A DNA stretch of 63,907 nt, the filler included, from Parasitella parasitica NRRL 2501 (lineage: Eukaryota; Fungi; Mucoromycota), in NCBI GenBank assembly GCA_025201805.1. It is 5 parts of 5 records of this genome, joined end to end, with 100 filler letters (N's around TTAATTAATTAA, not from the genome) between each part and the next. Parts side by side here need not be neighbours in the genome. Positions count along the whole stretch, not along the records: positions 59,915 to 62,756 come from MU619433.1; positions 62,857 to 63,907 come from MU619391.1; 3 more parts are not named here. One strand, given 5' to 3'. The notes below the pieces were generated by a model. It was not told where the DNA came from, made no database searches, and worked only from the letters and a program-made list of their open reading frames with translations. A program made the translations under genes and the position numbers. Of this stretch, positions 62,189 through 63,907 are shown piece by piece; position 1 is the first letter of the stretch, and each line of letters starts with the position of its first letter.

Positions 62189-62756
62189 TGAAATACGTTC
62201 ACTATGATGATCTGCATTCCACTTTTAGATTCATCCAGTTACCTTAAATTGATATAGACTACATATACGCACAGATAATAAAATGCGCGATGCAGATTTA
62301 TACTATATAAGATGTAAGCTAGAGATGGCACCGTTAGGATGGATGACGCTATAGACTTATACTTATATCTCGACACGAGCCTTAGACATTTACAAAAACT
62401 AGTGTATGCTACGAACTTATGCTATATAAGATTTATGCTTCAGCTGCGTATTTTCCCAGTTTCTAGATACGCACCACAAGACATATACTTATATCCATGA
62501 TACTAGCTACAGATACATCATGTACTACAGACTTGTACAATATGTATAATGCTATAGATATGCTTATGAAATGCTATATAGACGTGCTAAATATACTGAT
62601 ATATGCTAATAAGATGAATACCAAGTGATATACACTCAGACATGTACTATTAATATAGACCGGACGAGCTGTATCACACCGCCACGTTCGGTTAAATTTT
62701 CACCTTCGCTTCGCTACGGTAAATTTACCCTTCACTAAAGCGGTGTACAGCTCGTG
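62189..62756. mobile_element. LTR-like repeat ending in hairpin copy B (62664-62755), truncated by a gap
   Basis: Starts TGAAATAC as at 26381; hairpin ACGAGCTGTA/TACAGCTCGT, CACCGC/GCGGTG, GGTTAAATTT/AAATTTACC with apex ACC-TTCGCTTCGCTAC-GGT. Confidence 0.6.
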
Positions 62757-62857
62757 NNNNNNNNNNNNNNNNNNNNNNNNNNNNNNNNNNNNNNNNNNNN
62801 TTAATTAATTAANNNNNNNNNNNNNNNNNNNNNNNNNNNNNNNNNNNNNNNNNNNNG

Positions 62858-63907
62858 AGTGATTCCAAGCATAGAAAATGTTATTGAACAATTGCGTCTC
62901 GTCTGCTTGGGGAAAAACCATTGAATTGTAGTCTTCTAACCACCATTGATCCAGATCAGAAGAAAGAAGGAACTCCTGGTATGGTGGCAAGGGATCGTTG
63001 GCTTGAAGAGTTGCTGCTTCCTCAACAAGATTGACAGGCGGTGATGGAGAAGCTGGAACCTCATTTATCGAGGTCAAAGAGCTGGCCGAGGAGGAAACAG
63101 AGGATATAGAATTTGAAGTTTGGTGGGATGGCCAGTCCTCTTCTTCGTCACGTCGAGTAGGGAAACATCTTCCCTTGGCAAGGCACTCCATTTCGATTGT
63201 CATGGTATCGAATCGCATATCTGGGTTGTGGCGTCGTAGCCAAGGCATACCCAGAATTACCTCAAAGCTGGCTCCTTCGATGATTCGAAGAGTTATCACT
63301 TCTTCGTGCATCGAATTATCTAAACGCAAAGTGATAGTGGTGGTGGTGCGGCTGACATACACAGAATTGTTGGCAAGTCTGAAAAACATTTCTTCACCAG
63401 GAGCATTGTGTTCGACTTCCAAATTGAGACGCTGAACCAGTTCAGACGAGATAAAATTGGATGAAGCTCCAGTGTCAACCATGGCTTCGGTTGTTGTAAC
63501 AAATTCCTCATCGTCACCATAGTAGAGGAAAGCAGGCAAGATAAAGAGAGCGAAATGGTCAGACATTGCAGTAGATCTGATGTGGTTAAGGTGTTGCTGT
63601 TCCTCGTATAAAAGTCTTGGGCGCTTGACAGCTGGTACATGCTCTTGACCAGAACGCATGTTGATAATAGCTTGGTTTACAATGGAACCAAGAGAACCTT
63701 GCATTTTTTTAGGCTTGTTTGGGCAATTCAAAACTTGATGATTGGCTTCGCCACAATACATACATAAGTTATTGAGTCTTCTGAACTCCTTCACCGTGGC
63801 GGACAAGGGTTTATAATTGTTGATGGCTCCCAGCTCCATGGGGGTGGCAGTGGTAGAAGAAAAAGGTACTTGAGTGTTGTTCATTGGAGTATTGTTATTG
63901 TTTTGAG
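62858..63907 (-). mobile_element. Ty3/Gypsy Gag C-terminus plus aspartic protease (second family), partial
   Basis: PMELG, CMYCGEANHQVLNC, AMVDTGASSNFIS, VILGMPWLRRHNP. Confidence 0.88.

Noticed and set aside
26539-62812. TTAATTAATTAA islands inside N-runs (26539, 50108, 59859, 62801)
   Set aside because: Artificial six-frame-stop scaffolding linkers; adjacency across them is uncertain.
1-63907. tRNA, rRNA or snRNA genes
   Set aside because: None recognised by eye; tRNAscan/Infernal would be needed to exclude them.

Overview
Eukaryotic, AT-rich genomic DNA, most likely from a Mucorales (Mucoromycota) fungus; this is inferred from short GT-AG introns, gene content and TE families. It is a draft scaffold with N-gaps and artificial TTAATTAATTAA linkers. 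The left third (1.5-20.6 kb) is a conserved housekeeping block: a possible QWRF/HAUS8-like gene, a Crz1-like C2H2 factor, a HAD phosphatase, FOX2, a Scp160/vigilin-like gene, ALG10 and PRP45/SNW1, interrupted by a decayed CACTA/Plavaka-type transposase. The rest is TE-rich: a near-intact L1/Tx1-type LINE, a chromodomain Ty3/Gypsy element, other RT fragments, solo LTRs and a 335-bp repeat. The most interesting part is 35.0-44.9 kb. It holds six co-oriented, intronless genes for predicted secreted low-complexity proteins. Three carry a 12-residue cationic cassette between Kex2-type dibasic sites (variants in two more), five have poly-Asp/Glu tracts, three have YPxxQ-type repeats, and two end in DADDLxT-polyArg. 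Inside the array, on the opposite strand, is an intronless 698-aa gene resembling a phage-type nucleotidyltransferase with a basic NLS-like N-terminus. Also notable are two covarying ~90-100-nt hairpins capped by GCGAAGC and a GC-rich multi-hairpin islet resembling mitochondrial double-hairpin elements. All family assignments are by eye; no searches were run.
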